Source: an uncultured Candidatus Berkelbacteria bacterium (lineage in GTDB: Bacteria; Patescibacteriota; UBA1384; CAILIB01). From it: a DNA stretch of 64,000 nt. Position 1 is the stretch's first letter; each line of letters begins with the position of its first letter. Shown here piece by piece: positions 1-12,585 of the stretch. The translations under genes were made by a program, and so were the position numbers. Where the stretch lies: NCBI GenBank assembly GCA_903834195.1, contig CAILIB010000040.1, positions 7,297-71,296 on the forward strand. The letters are read 5' to 3'. Under the pieces are notes generated by a model that was not told the origin of the DNA, ran no database searches, and was given only the letters and a program-made list of their open reading frames with translations.

Positions 1-2400
1 AGCAACATATGCCTGATATTGAATCCACGTATCACCATTGTGGACAGCATTTATCGCCTGCCCTGATGATGTGTAGTAATCAGATGTTGAAGTTGGTCCG
101 TAGTAAAGCGCACTATTTAATGCCCCAGCAGAAGAGGCTGAGCGAATTCGAAACTTTACTGAAGTACCTGCAGGTACAACACTATTCCAGGTAAGGTTTG
201 TAAACGTTGAATTTTGCGCCAAGTTAATTTGTGAAGAAGTAAACGTACCCGTAGCGTAGTATCCCGCTGAAAACGTATATCCAATTAAGCTTGATGCGTA
301 CCCATCCAGAAGGTATAACTGCGTTCCTGTGCCAGGATATGCAAAACCTGCTTGAGATCCTGGAGCAAAGTTCGCCTGACCCTGAAGCGAACTATTCCAA
401 CTATTACCTGAAATTGAGTACACCCATGGAATAGTTGCCCCGTCATGCATCACATAGATATTATCACCACCAGGAGTACCAACTGCAGCGCCCCAACCTG
501 GTGTTCCAGGTAAAGCAGCTAAACTTGCCCAGGAATTATTTGAGATAGAGTACTGATAAAAGTTTGAATTACCCCCATCTTCGTAAAAGATGTAGTCACC
601 ACTACCTGGGTAAATGACCGCATTACCGTAGCCAATATTTTCTGGAACATTTGCTAAACCAGTCCATGAGTTATGTGCTATAGAATAGCGATAGAAACTA
701 TTACTACCTGAAACAGCATAAATGTACGTACCGTTTCCTGTCAGATTACTACCAATTACTCCAAACCCCGGACCGGGCACATTCGCTAGCTGTGTCCAGG
801 TATTATTCGAGATAGAGTACTCGTAAAATGTAGCGTCGCCCGGCTCGTAATATACAAAATCACCTGACCCTGGGTAGTAGAGGCTATCAGCATAGTCCCC
901 CGCCGAGGTTGGAGCGGCTAAGGTCCCCCATGAATTTGTAACAGTATCGTACGAGTAGAAACTTGTGCCCTTATTTAGAACGTACACCTTACCGTTTCCA
1001 CCAGCATTTCGAGTAGCATAATCTGACTGCAGAGCTGCAGGTGCGTACGCGTACGGTGCCCAAGTACCTGATTTGATAGAGTACACAAGAGATATATTAT
1101 GTGAACCATTTGAAGTATCAACTTCATTCACTAAAATGGCATCATTTGCGGCACCCATGTACGCAGCTGACGCAGCATCATCGATACTCTGTGGGGCTGA
1201 TTGTATTGCTGTCCAACTATTTCCTGAAATTGAGTAACGATAGAATGCCCCGGATCCACCTGCCACAAGCGCGTACGCATAGTCTCCTGTGCCTGGATAC
1301 ATTATTGTTCCATTTGGACTAATGTTTCCCGGCGTACTTGCAAGAGTTGTCCAGCTATCATTAGCAATTGAGTATGACCAAAACGTCGTATCATTATTAG
1401 CTGACAACTCATAGATGTGCGTCCCATCCGAAACCATCTCGTTTGAACCAGCATCAGAACCTGGAGCATTCGTGAGCGCACTCCACATGTTCTGTGAAAT
1501 TGAATACTCCTGAAATGCACCAAAATTAAACTGAGCATAAATAAAATCTCCAGAACCTGGATACACTAGTGCCGAACCTCTATTTGCCGAGACACCACTC
1601 ACAGAAGACATGTGAGCCCACGAGTCTTGCGAAATTGAATAGCGCCAAAATCCGTTATTTCCTCCACCTTCAAGTACGTATAGGTAGTCATCTCCTGTAG
1701 ACACCAAACTTGCCCCAGGGTAAGCCCACGAGTAGAGCGAGGCTAAGGAACTCCACTTTCGGTGTACTACATCAAACCTTTCAAAATTACTGTTGTACCC
1801 CGTAATGTGGTAAACATAATTTCCACTACCAGGATATGCGAGGGAATCTCCCACATACCCACCGTTCGCACTTGCACTAGGTGTAGACCAGTAATCAGAA
1901 TACCCGGTACCCGGAGCCAAGTTTTCAGACCCACCAGCACCACTACCAGAGACTGCAGTTTGATTCTGTGAGCCATTACCAAAATCTGTATCCGTAGTCT
2001 GAGTTGTAGACCCTGCCTGACTTGTAAGCGTAAGATTTCCCGAACCTACGTTAATACCTCCGTCATGGGATCCGTACTTAGTCCATCCAGTTTCATCAGT
2101 AGGATGTATCGGACTACTTCCACCATCAGCACCTCCTGACCAATCAGTCTGCTGCCATGTATATGACGCAGCACTCGCTTTTTGAGATCTTAAGAAAAAT
2201 ACTGCACCACTCGTCGAAATCACTAAAAGTACAGACAGAGCCGATACTAAATATCGTTTCAATTGTGGAACAAGTCGCAGTTCGTGCAATTTTCTCGAAG
2301 TAAATCGCTTTCCTCTTCGGACACAAAAAGCAGAGATCGCTTGTATGCGGAATATAATTTTTTGCAGGTTTCTTCGAAATATTTTTGTTCGCATGTACAT
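1..2400 (-). CDS. Large secreted Kelch/beta-propeller repeat surface protein (partial, runs off window start)
   Basis: Absent from ORF track because it has no stop in the window. Hand translation from ATG at 2400: MYMRTKIF...RYLVSALSVLLVISTSGAVFFLRSQKASAASYTWQQTDWSGG, then ~47-aa repeats such as FYRYSIAHNSWTGLANVP..GNAVIYPGSGDYIFY and FYQYSISNNSWASLAALP. Only parts were translated. Confidence 0.8.
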   Translation of the reverse strand, partial: MYMRTKIFRRNLQKIIFRIQAISAFCVRRGKRFTSRKLHELRLVPQLKRYLVSALSVLLVISTSGAVFFLRSQKASAASYTWQQTDWSGGADGGSSPIHPTDETGWTKYGSHDGGINVGSGNLTLTSQAGSTTQTTDTDFGNGSQNQTAVSGSGAGGSENLAPGTGYSDYWSTPSASANGGYVGDSLAYPGSGNYVYHITGYNSNFERFDVVHRKWSSLASLYSWAYPGASLVSTGDDYLYVLEGGGNNGFWRYSISQDSWAHMSSVSGVSANRGSALVYPGSGDFIYAQFNFGAFQEYSISQNMWSALTNAPGSDAGSNEMVSDGTHIYELSANNDTTFWSYSIANDSWTTLASTPGNISPNGTIMYPGTGDYAYALVAGGSGAFYRYSISGNSWTAIQSAPQSIDDAASAAYMGAANDAILVNEVDTSNGSHNISLVYSIKSGTWAPYAYAPAALQSDYATRNAGGNGKVYVLNKGTSFYSYDTVTNSWGTLAAPTSAGDYADSLYYPGSGDFVYYEPGDATFYEYSISNNTWTQLANVPGPGFGVIGSNLTGNGTYIYAVSGSNSFYRYSIAHNSWTGLANVPENIGYGNAVIYPGSGDYIFYEDGGNSNFYQYSISNNSWASLAALPGTPGWGAAVGTPGGDNIYVMHDGATIPWVYSISGNSWNSSLQGQANFAPGSQAGFAYPGTGTQLYLLDGYASSLIGYTFSAGYYATGTFTSSQINLAQNSTFTNLTWNSVVPAGTSVKFRIRSASSAGALNSALYYGPTSTSDYYTSSGQAINAVHNGDTWIQYQAYVA

Positions 2401-2463
2401 ACTAATTATACGTCATACAACCGATACAAACAAAGAATATTTTCACCGTGATACGATAAGTTC

Positions 2464-2982
2464 ATGAATATATTTTGGCTTCAGCTTTTTGCTTCATTTT
2501 TCTTCCAAGAAACTGTTACTACAACGTCAGTAATACTTCAGGCTGAGCAAAACGGAATGAGCGCCATTAGCCTGCTTGGCATTTGGCTAATCATGACGAG
2601 TATTGGAATTATTCTTGGGTACACAATCGGAAAAGCTGTGCGATCCAAACTCACAAAAACCAAAAAGGGTGCACGTATTATCGAACATGCCGAACAGATT
2701 GAACGACAGATTGGCAAAAATGGTGAGTATTTTGCCATTATATTTATCACCTTAATTAACTTCGTCTATCTGAACGCATTTTTCTGTTCCTGGCTTAAAA
2801 TTGATTTCAAAAAAATGTTTGCATTAATGCTTGTTGGCAATATCTTAAACTTTTATATTGTCTATGAGATTACAAAAACATCACGATCATTGTTTTCTAA
2901 TATATACAGCACATTTTTAATCGTGTTTGGAGTAACGCTTCTCGTTACCTTTGTTGCTAAAAAACTACTCGCTAGAAAATAG
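2464..2982 (+). CDS. DedA/VTT-like small membrane protein
   Basis: 172 aa, 4 hydrophobic segments, 'ILGYTIGK' resembles the DedA G-Y-x-x-G motif. Confidence 0.5.
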   Translation: MNIFWLQLFASFFFQETVTTTSVILQAEQNGMSAISLLGIWLIMTSIGIILGYTIGKAVRSKLTKTKKGARIIEHAEQIERQIGKNGEYFAIIFITLINFVYLNAFFCSWLKIDFKKMFALMLVGNILNFYIVYEITKTSRSLFSNIYSTFLIVFGVTLLVTFVAKKLLARK

Positions 2983-2988
2983 GCTTAA

Positions 2989-3405
2989 TCACCAATTCAT
3001 TACTGTGATTTGGATCTGCAAAACACTGGCTGTAGCCGTCCAAAGAATGTACGGAATAAGCGCAATTGCAAGCACTTTGCTATAGGGATATAGATCAATC
3101 GCACTCCAAACTGCAGTACCAAATACGCAAAGCACCATCACACTAGCCAAGAAAAAGTTACGCAACCCAAACTGCACTGGCGTGAAACACAGATTAAATA
3201 CTACATTTAACACAATTGGCAGAAGTAATGTTCGTGGCCACTGACCTTGGTAGACCTTAAAAAGTGCAACACCGTAGACCACGGCAATAATTGGGTACAG
3301 AACACCCCAAATCGTTCCAATCGTCGAAACTGCCGGTGTCCAAACTGGCTTATGTAACAGATCGTACCACTGTCGAAATGGGAGGGATTTATCTGGAAAC
3401 GACAT
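2989..3405 (-). CDS. tspO: TspO/MBR family tryptophan-rich sensory protein
   Basis: WYDLLHKPVWTP, IWGVLY, PVQFGLR, LIPYILW motifs. Confidence 0.9.
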   Translation of the reverse strand: MSFPDKSLPFRQWYDLLHKPVWTPAVSTIGTIWGVLYPIIAVVYGVALFKVYQGQWPRTLLLPIVLNVVFNLCFTPVQFGLRNFFLASVMVLCVFGTAVWSAIDLYPYSKVLAIALIPYILWTATASVLQIQITVMNW

Positions 3406-3491
3406 ACTATATAGGATTATTTTTACCTCACATAAGTATACCTTACATAGATCGTGTATTCTTAGTTTGTATTAGTAATACAAACTAACGG

Positions 3492-4016
3492 ATGGACTTC
3501 GAATCCGCCTACCACGCCAACTTTAAACTCGTCTACCGTTTTCTTTACTACAAAGATGTAGATAAAGGAGACATTGAAGACCTCGCTCAAGAGGTATTTT
3601 TTCGGCTCTACAAAAAGTATGACTGTAGTCAGATGGAGGCGGAGCACATTACGAAAACTGCCTATGCCATTGCTCGTAACGTCTGGCTAGAGTGGTTACG
3701 CACGCAGGGCGAAAAGCGAACGCTTGCGCTGATAGATGACTTTGATTACGTTGATTCGTATGAAGAGTTCATACAAGAAGAGCTACCCGAGGATGAACGG
3801 GAAAGCGAGCGAGAACGACTGAGAGCGTGTATCAAAGATCTGAATCCAACAGTACAAAAAGTCCTGACCCTCAGATACCTAGAGGACAAGACTCGCAAGG
3901 AAACTGCTGCCATTCTACAGATTACAGAAGACCAAGTTCACACTTACCAAAAACGTGGGGTAGCCTATTTGCGAAAGCATTTCGGTAAAACTGTACCCCC
4001 CTTATCACATACGTAG
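3492..4016 (+). CDS. ECF RNA polymerase sigma factor
   Basis: EDLAQEVFFR (region 2), IARNVWLEWLR, region 4 LRYLEDKTRKETAAILQI. Confidence 0.9.
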   Translation: MDFESAYHANFKLVYRFLYYKDVDKGDIEDLAQEVFFRLYKKYDCSQMEAEHITKTAYAIARNVWLEWLRTQGEKRTLALIDDFDYVDSYEEFIQEELPEDERESERERLRACIKDLNPTVQKVLTLRYLEDKTRKETAAILQITEDQVHTYQKRGVAYLRKHFGKTVPPLSHT

Positions 4017-4022
4017 TGACAT

Positions 4023-5564
4023 ATGTTCAAACCACACATTAACTTACATACCCGCCTCGCACGTTTTCGCAAAGCTCCGTTACCATCATCAATTGTATCG
4101 GACGCTGAGTCGCGCGTCTGGCAAAACCTCCGCCAAAAAATGGCTGAGGACACCCTTATGCACCCAACACAAACAAAAAACCACTCATTTTTCTTTTTCC
4201 CAGTTATTGCAACAAGCTTAGTACTTGCCCTTGCTGCCGGAAGTTATACATACTTTTTGTCACGCAATCTTCCTACCACTTCAACTAACACTACCGGACC
4301 AAGCATTAGCATGGTACTACAGAGTGAATCAAGTGAAGGACGTTCAGTAAAGACCATTTCAACTTCTTCCTATGGTTATGTTGCAAATCCTACAAAGAAA
4401 TCAACTTCTTTCTTAGGGATTTCAGCCGCATATGCCGATGGCACATTTGATTCTTCTGATTATTCACTTACTGAATTTGGTTGGAAAACATACCAGTACA
4501 GTAACACTGGCGCACAAGCCCATATTACCGCACGCAACCTTGTCACTGGAGAAGTTACACAAATTACAGATTCAGCAGATACAACAGAAACTCTTGGAAA
4601 ATTTTCTTCAGTCACCCAGATACTTGCTTATGAAACTTCTCCATGGTCAAAAACTGGACCATCTCAAGTTCAGGCTCCAGATTTTAACAATCCTTGTACA
4701 GTTAAGTATTCCAAGATCACACCTGGATCATCGCCGATAAGTATCTCAAACCCAACTGGCGTATATTGTATGCGACCAATTAGCTGGTCACCAGATGGAC
4801 GATTTCTAGCACTTACTACTTATGGCATTAGCAATAGTGAGCCCCTTGCCATTTACGACACAACAACTCGCACAACAACTGTAGTACAAAACCCTACTGA
4901 TAATGCATGGCCTTCAATCACTGGTGGTTGGCTCAACAACACTACGCTCACATCTACGTACAATATTAATGACACCCCTTTCAACGAAAATTTTTATACC
5001 ATTAATGCTCTTACCGCAAAGACTACTCAGGTAAGCAATGAAATCCTCGGTCTCACGAGCTACAAAATTGCAGGGTCAACTGTCTACTACACAAAAACAC
5101 TCGATGGAGTTCTCAATATTGATCCAGCAGATGTTACAATTCACAGCTTTTCGCTGAATAACCCTACTAAAATTACTAACTACCCAACAACTAATGGCAC
5201 TACTGACTTTACTTTTCGCCTTACGAGCGGTGGAGATGCATCAAGCATTATCTACAGTACGTTCAAAGATCTAGGTGATAAGTCACTCTATACAGAGTAT
5301 TCATTCCCAATTGGAGACAGTACCATCCAGGAGTTAACCCTTTCAGATAACACAGTAAAAACCCTTTCTACCCGAAAGGATACGGACATTCTCAGCATCC
5401 TCGGCTGGAACGCCGCGAATGATTCAATCATTCTTACTCAGTCACCTGCGAGCAAAGCTCACACCGATGAGTCAACTGAATACACTGAATATCATGCATT
5501 CAATGTAACAAGTAATACAGATACAAATCTGATTACCGACTCATACCAAATGCAAAAGAACTAG
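4023..5564 (+). CDS. Putative anti-sigma factor: single TM plus extracellular TolB-like beta-propeller
   Basis: Directly after ECF sigma; short cytoplasmic N-terminus, TM segment, WSPDGRFLA propeller motif. Confidence 0.6.
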   Translation: MFKPHINLHTRLARFRKAPLPSSIVSDAESRVWQNLRQKMAEDTLMHPTQTKNHSFFFFPVIATSLVLALAAGSYTYFLSRNLPTTSTNTTGPSISMVLQSESSEGRSVKTISTSSYGYVANPTKKSTSFLGISAAYADGTFDSSDYSLTEFGWKTYQYSNTGAQAHITARNLVTGEVTQITDSADTTETLGKFSSVTQILAYETSPWSKTGPSQVQAPDFNNPCTVKYSKITPGSSPISISNPTGVYCMRPISWSPDGRFLALTTYGISNSEPLAIYDTTTRTTTVVQNPTDNAWPSITGGWLNNTTLTSTYNINDTPFNENFYTINALTAKTTQVSNEILGLTSYKIAGSTVYYTKTLDGVLNIDPADVTIHSFSLNNPTKITNYPTTNGTTDFTFRLTSGGDASSIIYSTFKDLGDKSLYTEYSFPIGDSTIQELTLSDNTVKTLSTRKDTDILSILGWNAANDSIILTQSPASKAHTDESTEYTEYHAFNVTSNTDTNLITDSYQMQKN

Positions 5565-5569
5565 GTTGC

Positions 5570-5602
5570 ACAAAAACCCCCGGAAATTCCGGGGGTTTTT
5601 GT
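5570..5602 (+). terminator. Intrinsic terminator
   Basis: acaaaaacccccgga-aat-tccgggggtttttgt perfect hairpin with T tail. Confidence 0.85.
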
Positions 5603-5642
5603 ATTATTGAGTAATTCAAAATTAACCTGCTACGATAAGCAT

Positions 5643-7082
5643 ATGTCAAAAATGAAAGAAAAATGTGCAGTATTCGGAGTGTATGGAACTGGCTTTGACG
5701 CCGCTCGTCTCACATTTTTTGGCCTCTATGCATTGCAACATCGCGGGCAAGAGGGTTCTGGAATCGTTACATCCGACGGATCCGAACTACATGCGTTTCG
5801 AAATTCTGGATTAGTAAATCAAATTTATACCGAAGACGTTATTAAAGGTCTCCCAGGTAGTATCGCAATTGGTCACAACCGCTATTCGACATCAAAAGGT
5901 GGAAGTACTGAACATTTACAGCCTGTTATCGGACGTGATCGTCAAATCGCTGTCGCACATAATGGCAATCTTCCCTCAACAGTTTTGCTTGAAAATTTCT
6001 TGAATAAAAAGGGAATCTCGCCTCAGAATCTGAATGATTCTGAACTCATGGCTGAGGCCATAAAATATTATGTGGCTCGAGGGAAAAGCCTCCCAGATGC
6101 AGTGAAACTCGCCTTTCCCCTCTTTACTGGCGCATTTTCGCTCGTCATTATGAATCACGATACCCTCGTGGCTGTGCGAGATGAATACGGCATTCGGCCG
6201 CTTTGTATCGGAAAACTAAACGGTGGATATATTGTCTCGTCCGAAACCTGTGCACTCGATACGGTTCATGCAAAGTTTCTGCGCGAAGTTGAACCTGGAG
6301 AAATGGTAGTAATAAATAAAAAAGGCCTCAAGAGTACTACAATTGCGCCGGCCAATCTAAAACTCGACATCTTCGAGTTTATTTATTTTTCACGTCCTGA
6401 TAGTTATTTACTTGGCAAAAACGTTGATGCTGTTCGCCGGGAAATGGGTGTACAACTTGCTCGAGAAGCAATTATTGATGCTGACCTCGTAGTACCAGTT
6501 CCTGATTCAGGAATTTCAGCTGCACAAGGGTTTGCTGAAGCCTCTGGAATTCCTTACTACAACGCGATTGTGAAAAATCGCTACATTGGCCGTAGTTTTA
6601 TTGCGCCGGATCAGCACATGCGTGAATGGATGGTGCGCATGAAACTCAACCCTATCCGCGCAGCCGTTGAGGGTAAGCGCGTCATTCTGATTGACGATTC
6701 CATTGTGCGAGGCACAACTTCAAGTGCGATCGTAGCACTTCTGCGCGAAGCTGGTGCTCGCGAAGTCCACTTTATTTCAAGCTCTCCCCCGTACCGCTAT
6801 CCCGATTTCTACGGTATGGATGTTCCTGAACAAGATCACCTTATCGCGTTTAATAAATCGCAGGAAGAAATTCGTGCGTACCTCAACGCCGATTCCCTTC
6901 ACTATCTAAGTTACGAAGGATTAATTGCATCAACTGGACTTCCAGAAAGCACGTTTTGCGCTGCTTGTTTTACTGGTGTCTATCCTATTGATATTCGCGA
7001 GCGCACCTCCGGTGTTCGACCTGCTCCAATTTGGGTTACTCAGCAACCAACGCTTTTCTCAGCATCGCAACCTCAGGAATAA
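5643..7082 (+). CDS. purF: Amidophosphoribosyltransferase
   Basis: Propeptide MSKMKEK then catalytic Cys (CAVFG); LQHRGQE, GHNRYST, HNGNL, PVPDSG, LIDDSIVRGTT. ATG 5643 preferred over TTG 5607. Confidence 0.97.
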   Translation: MSKMKEKCAVFGVYGTGFDAARLTFFGLYALQHRGQEGSGIVTSDGSELHAFRNSGLVNQIYTEDVIKGLPGSIAIGHNRYSTSKGGSTEHLQPVIGRDRQIAVAHNGNLPSTVLLENFLNKKGISPQNLNDSELMAEAIKYYVARGKSLPDAVKLAFPLFTGAFSLVIMNHDTLVAVRDEYGIRPLCIGKLNGGYIVSSETCALDTVHAKFLREVEPGEMVVINKKGLKSTTIAPANLKLDIFEFIYFSRPDSYLLGKNVDAVRREMGVQLAREAIIDADLVVPVPDSGISAAQGFAEASGIPYYNAIVKNRYIGRSFIAPDQHMREWMVRMKLNPIRAAVEGKRVILIDDSIVRGTTSSAIVALLREAGAREVHFISSSPPYRYPDFYGMDVPEQDHLIAFNKSQEEIRAYLNADSLHYLSYEGLIASTGLPESTFCAACFTGVYPIDIRERTSGVRPAPIWVTQQPTLFSASQPQE

Positions 7083-7632
7083 CCTTTCCGTTTGGAAGTG
7101 TTGCAGCTTCTGACTGCACTTCTTCATCTGTGACTTCAAAGCCAAACCGCTCATAAAAGTGAATTGCATTTACATTGTACGTAGCAACAGTTAAATGAAC
7201 CGGTTCACTCAGATCAAACCAATCAAGCATTCTCTGTGCGAGCGCAGCACCCACTCCCTTACCTTGAGCCTCTGGCAACACATATAGACTGCCAATTTTC
7301 TGCCTACCATCTGGATATTTATTTGCAGTAGCAATTCCCTGAACTGTTCCTGCAACTTTTGCTGTTAGAAATAATCGAACTGCAGGATCGATCTCTGCAA
7401 TCTTTTTAGCACGCTCAACGATGTACTCTGGATCAAGTTGCACTGAAACTACACTTTCAATGACTTCACGCGTAATTCCAGCCTCTTCGTTTGGGTACGT
7501 TGCGAGCCACGTTTCGTATAAAACCTTCCCGATGCCTTCAGCATCCTCTGGTATAGCTATATTCACAATTACAGGTTCGCTTTCGCGTTTTTCAACGCTG
7601 ATTTGAGAAAATTTTTGTTCCATACCTTTCAT
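7036..7632 (-). CDS. GNAT N-acetyltransferase
   Basis: LYVLPEAQGKGVG acetyl-CoA motif; NVNAIHFYERFGF. Confidence 0.92.
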   Translation of the reverse strand: MKGMEQKFSQISVEKRESEPVIVNIAIPEDAEGIGKVLYETWLATYPNEEAGITREVIESVVSVQLDPEYIVERAKKIAEIDPAVRLFLTAKVAGTVQGIATANKYPDGRQKIGSLYVLPEAQGKGVGAALAQRMLDWFDLSEPVHLTVATYNVNAIHFYERFGFEVTDEEVQSEAATLPNGKVIPEVAMLRKALVAE

Positions 7633-7729
7633 AATAGCAAAGAATTATTTTCACCCAACTAAAGTCGACTTTACTAGTTTTTCATTCAGCCTTCTTGCTA
7701 CACCATATACAAATCCCTAAATTGAATAT

Positions 7730-8437
7730 ATGTCTCACGAAGCGCAAATCCACGCAGCTCAAACCAGCATTCTCCGCGAGCTCTTATTTCAACCGACCGC
7801 TGGCTATACCGAGCTACAAAAACCTACGGGACTTACCAGTGATCACTTCAATTTTCATGTGAAGCGACTGCTTGAGTTGGAATTTATTAAAAAAGTGAGT
7901 CCTGGCAAATATAGCCTCACTATCAAAGGTAAAGAGTACGCCAACAAACTTGATACCGACAACAATACAATAGAACGCCAGCCAAAAGTTGCAGTTCTTC
8001 TCGCCATAACCCGTGAAAAAAATGGGGTCAAAGAGTACCTCTTCCAAGAACGTCGCAAACAACCGTTCTATGCGTATTGGGGTTTTCCAACCGGTAAGAT
8101 CCGCTGGGGCGAGACCATTATGCAAACCGCCGCACGTGAGTTAATGGAGGAAACTGGTCTCACTGCTGACCATGAACTTGCCGGCGTATACCATGAGCAC
8201 ACCCGAAGTGCCGAAACCGGTGAAATGCTTGAGGATAAAGTATTCTTTATTATGCGCTGTACAAATACCTCCGACACGTTGATGTCTGAATTTGAAGGCG
8301 GCTTCAACCGTTGGGCAGATCTCAAGGAAATCCACAAACACAAAACGTATCGAAGCCTTAATATTGAACTCGAAATTGCCGAATCCGGCCGACAGTTTGT
8401 TGAAGAAACACACACCTATAGCGACAATGAGTTCTAG
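7730..8437 (+). CDS. Winged-HTH plus NUDIX hydrolase fusion
   Basis: N-terminal wHTH (FNFHVKRLLELEFIKK..GKYSLT); intact Nudix box GKIRWGETIMQTAARELMEETG. Confidence 0.88.
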   Translation: MSHEAQIHAAQTSILRELLFQPTAGYTELQKPTGLTSDHFNFHVKRLLELEFIKKVSPGKYSLTIKGKEYANKLDTDNNTIERQPKVAVLLAITREKNGVKEYLFQERRKQPFYAYWGFPTGKIRWGETIMQTAARELMEETGLTADHELAGVYHEHTRSAETGEMLEDKVFFIMRCTNTSDTLMSEFEGGFNRWADLKEIHKHKTYRSLNIELEIAESGRQFVEETHTYSDNEF

Positions 8438-8480
8438 GCTAAAAATTGCTTTTGCTAGGTAACTTTCCTACACTTAGTGC

Positions 8481-10220
8481 ATGAAACGCACCATATCATA
8501 CATTTTTTCTGCTGTTTTTCTCGCACTCACACTGAGCATTCCACACTTTGCATATGCCGATAGCGGATTTACTATTTCCGATTTTTCATCAACGTTACAC
8601 ATTAACGCCGACGGCACAGTAAACGTACGCGAAGTAATTTCAGCTGACTTCACAACTGCAAAACATGGTATCTATCGTGATATTCCGTACGCGTATCAAA
8701 ATTCTGACGGAAGCACCTACTACACGAATATCAATATTCAAAGTGTTACAGATAACGGCACGGATACACAGTATTCTGTTACACAAAATGATGCCAATGA
8801 AGAAATAAAAATTGGCGACCCGAATAATCTCGTAACTGGCAGCCAAGTGTATACAATTTCCTATGTGGCAATTGGCATCCTCCAGGATAAAACTTCTGTC
8901 GATCAATTAGCTTGGAATGTAACCGGTACCAATTGGGGTGTTCCGATTGCTAAAGCTACAGCTACTATTTCTCTTCCTTCTTCAAGTTTAACTGAAGTAA
9001 GTTGTTCCCAGGGACCTGATGGCTCAACCGAAAAATGTACTTCATCGATTAGCCAAAATGATGGCTCTGGTGCATTTACAACAACACGGAGTTTACAGAG
9101 TGGTGAAGGAATGACGATTATTGCCACCTACCCACACGGGTTTGTTCCAATTCTTAAGGGCACACCCCCATACACGTACACATCATCCGACTACACCAAT
9201 GCAGGAATAACGTTCAGCATTGTAGTTGCGCTCTTTGCATTACTTATTTTCTACATTAATCGAAAACAAAATCTCCGAGAGAACCCAAGTGGTCGCGATA
9301 CGATCATGGCTGTGTATGATCCACCTCTCAACCTACGCCCTGCTGAAATTGGTATGCTCCTGGATGAAAAACCAACCACAACTGCGTGCACAGCAACTAT
9401 TGTTGACCTTGCTTCACGTGGCTATCTAACTATTTCTGAAGTGGAGACTAAAAGTCTGTTAGGGAAAAACACTGACTATACCCTGCATCGAACAGACAAA
9501 GTTGCCGGTGACGAACTAATGACATATGAAAAAACCCTTCTTGATGGCCTTTTCCCACTTGGTAAGGTTGATTCAACCCTCTCAACTCTCAAGTTTGTCT
9601 TCCAAAAAACCTTGATTCAGGTAAATGCGCAGATTATTCAAAACGCAAAAGATAAAGGCCACATTGTTTCAAAATTCTTCAATGCACGAATAATATGTCG
9701 CATCAGTGGAATTATCTTGCTCCTCAACTTTATTTTTGTACTTCCCGCCTTCACAACTCCCGAAGATCCGACAACTTTAGCGTTTGGCTCATTTTTCGCC
9801 GGGCTAGTAGCGGGTGGTATTCTCTTGATAATTGCTAGTACTACTCTTTCAATCCGAACTCCAGAAGGTCATGCAGCCTATGTTCAAGCTGCAGGCTACA
9901 AACTCTTCTTATCGAGTACTGAAAAGTATCGCCAACCATTCTTAGAGCGCCAAAATATTTTCGAAAGCATTCTCTCCTACGCAATTATCTTTGGAGTTAC
10001 TAAAAAATTAGCCAAAGCATTTCAAGACCTTGGTGTACAACCTCAAGTTCCAACTTGGTACTACGCTGCAAATGGATTAAATTTTATCGATTTCTCAAAT
10101 CACCTCGATAGCTTCACCACTCAACTGAGTACAACCATGGCTTCCACACCGAGTGGAGGTATAGGAAGCGGTGGCGGTGTAGGTGGAGGATTCGGCGGCG
10201 GAGGCGGCGGAAGTTGGTGA
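8481..10220 (+). CDS. DUF2207-type predicted membrane protein
   Basis: Signal peptide, HGIYRDIP, LAWNVTGTNW, ATIVDLASRGYL, LSYAIIFGV, Gly-rich GGGFGGGGGGSW terminus. Confidence 0.9.
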   Translation: MKRTISYIFSAVFLALTLSIPHFAYADSGFTISDFSSTLHINADGTVNVREVISADFTTAKHGIYRDIPYAYQNSDGSTYYTNINIQSVTDNGTDTQYSVTQNDANEEIKIGDPNNLVTGSQVYTISYVAIGILQDKTSVDQLAWNVTGTNWGVPIAKATATISLPSSSLTEVSCSQGPDGSTEKCTSSISQNDGSGAFTTTRSLQSGEGMTIIATYPHGFVPILKGTPPYTYTSSDYTNAGITFSIVVALFALLIFYINRKQNLRENPSGRDTIMAVYDPPLNLRPAEIGMLLDEKPTTTACTATIVDLASRGYLTISEVETKSLLGKNTDYTLHRTDKVAGDELMTYEKTLLDGLFPLGKVDSTLSTLKFVFQKTLIQVNAQIIQNAKDKGHIVSKFFNARIICRISGIILLLNFIFVLPAFTTPEDPTTLAFGSFFAGLVAGGILLIIASTTLSIRTPEGHAAYVQAAGYKLFLSSTEKYRQPFLERQNIFESILSYAIIFGVTKKLAKAFQDLGVQPQVPTWYYAANGLNFIDFSNHLDSFTTQLSTTMASTPSGGIGSGGGVGGGFGGGGGGSW

Positions 10221-10223
10221 TAA

Positions 10224-12584
<2,361 letters not shown>

Positions 12585-12585
12585 G

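Noticed and set aside
9..2451. Small ORFs listed in the first 2.4 kb
   Set aside because: Shadows of the long minus-strand Kelch-repeat gene; most other short antisense ORFs in the track were dismissed the same way.
8481..10220. Gene upstream of the c-fusion as a divergent subunit a
   Set aside because: Clear DUF2207 motifs, only ~3 TMs, no conserved-Arg RLxxN helix.
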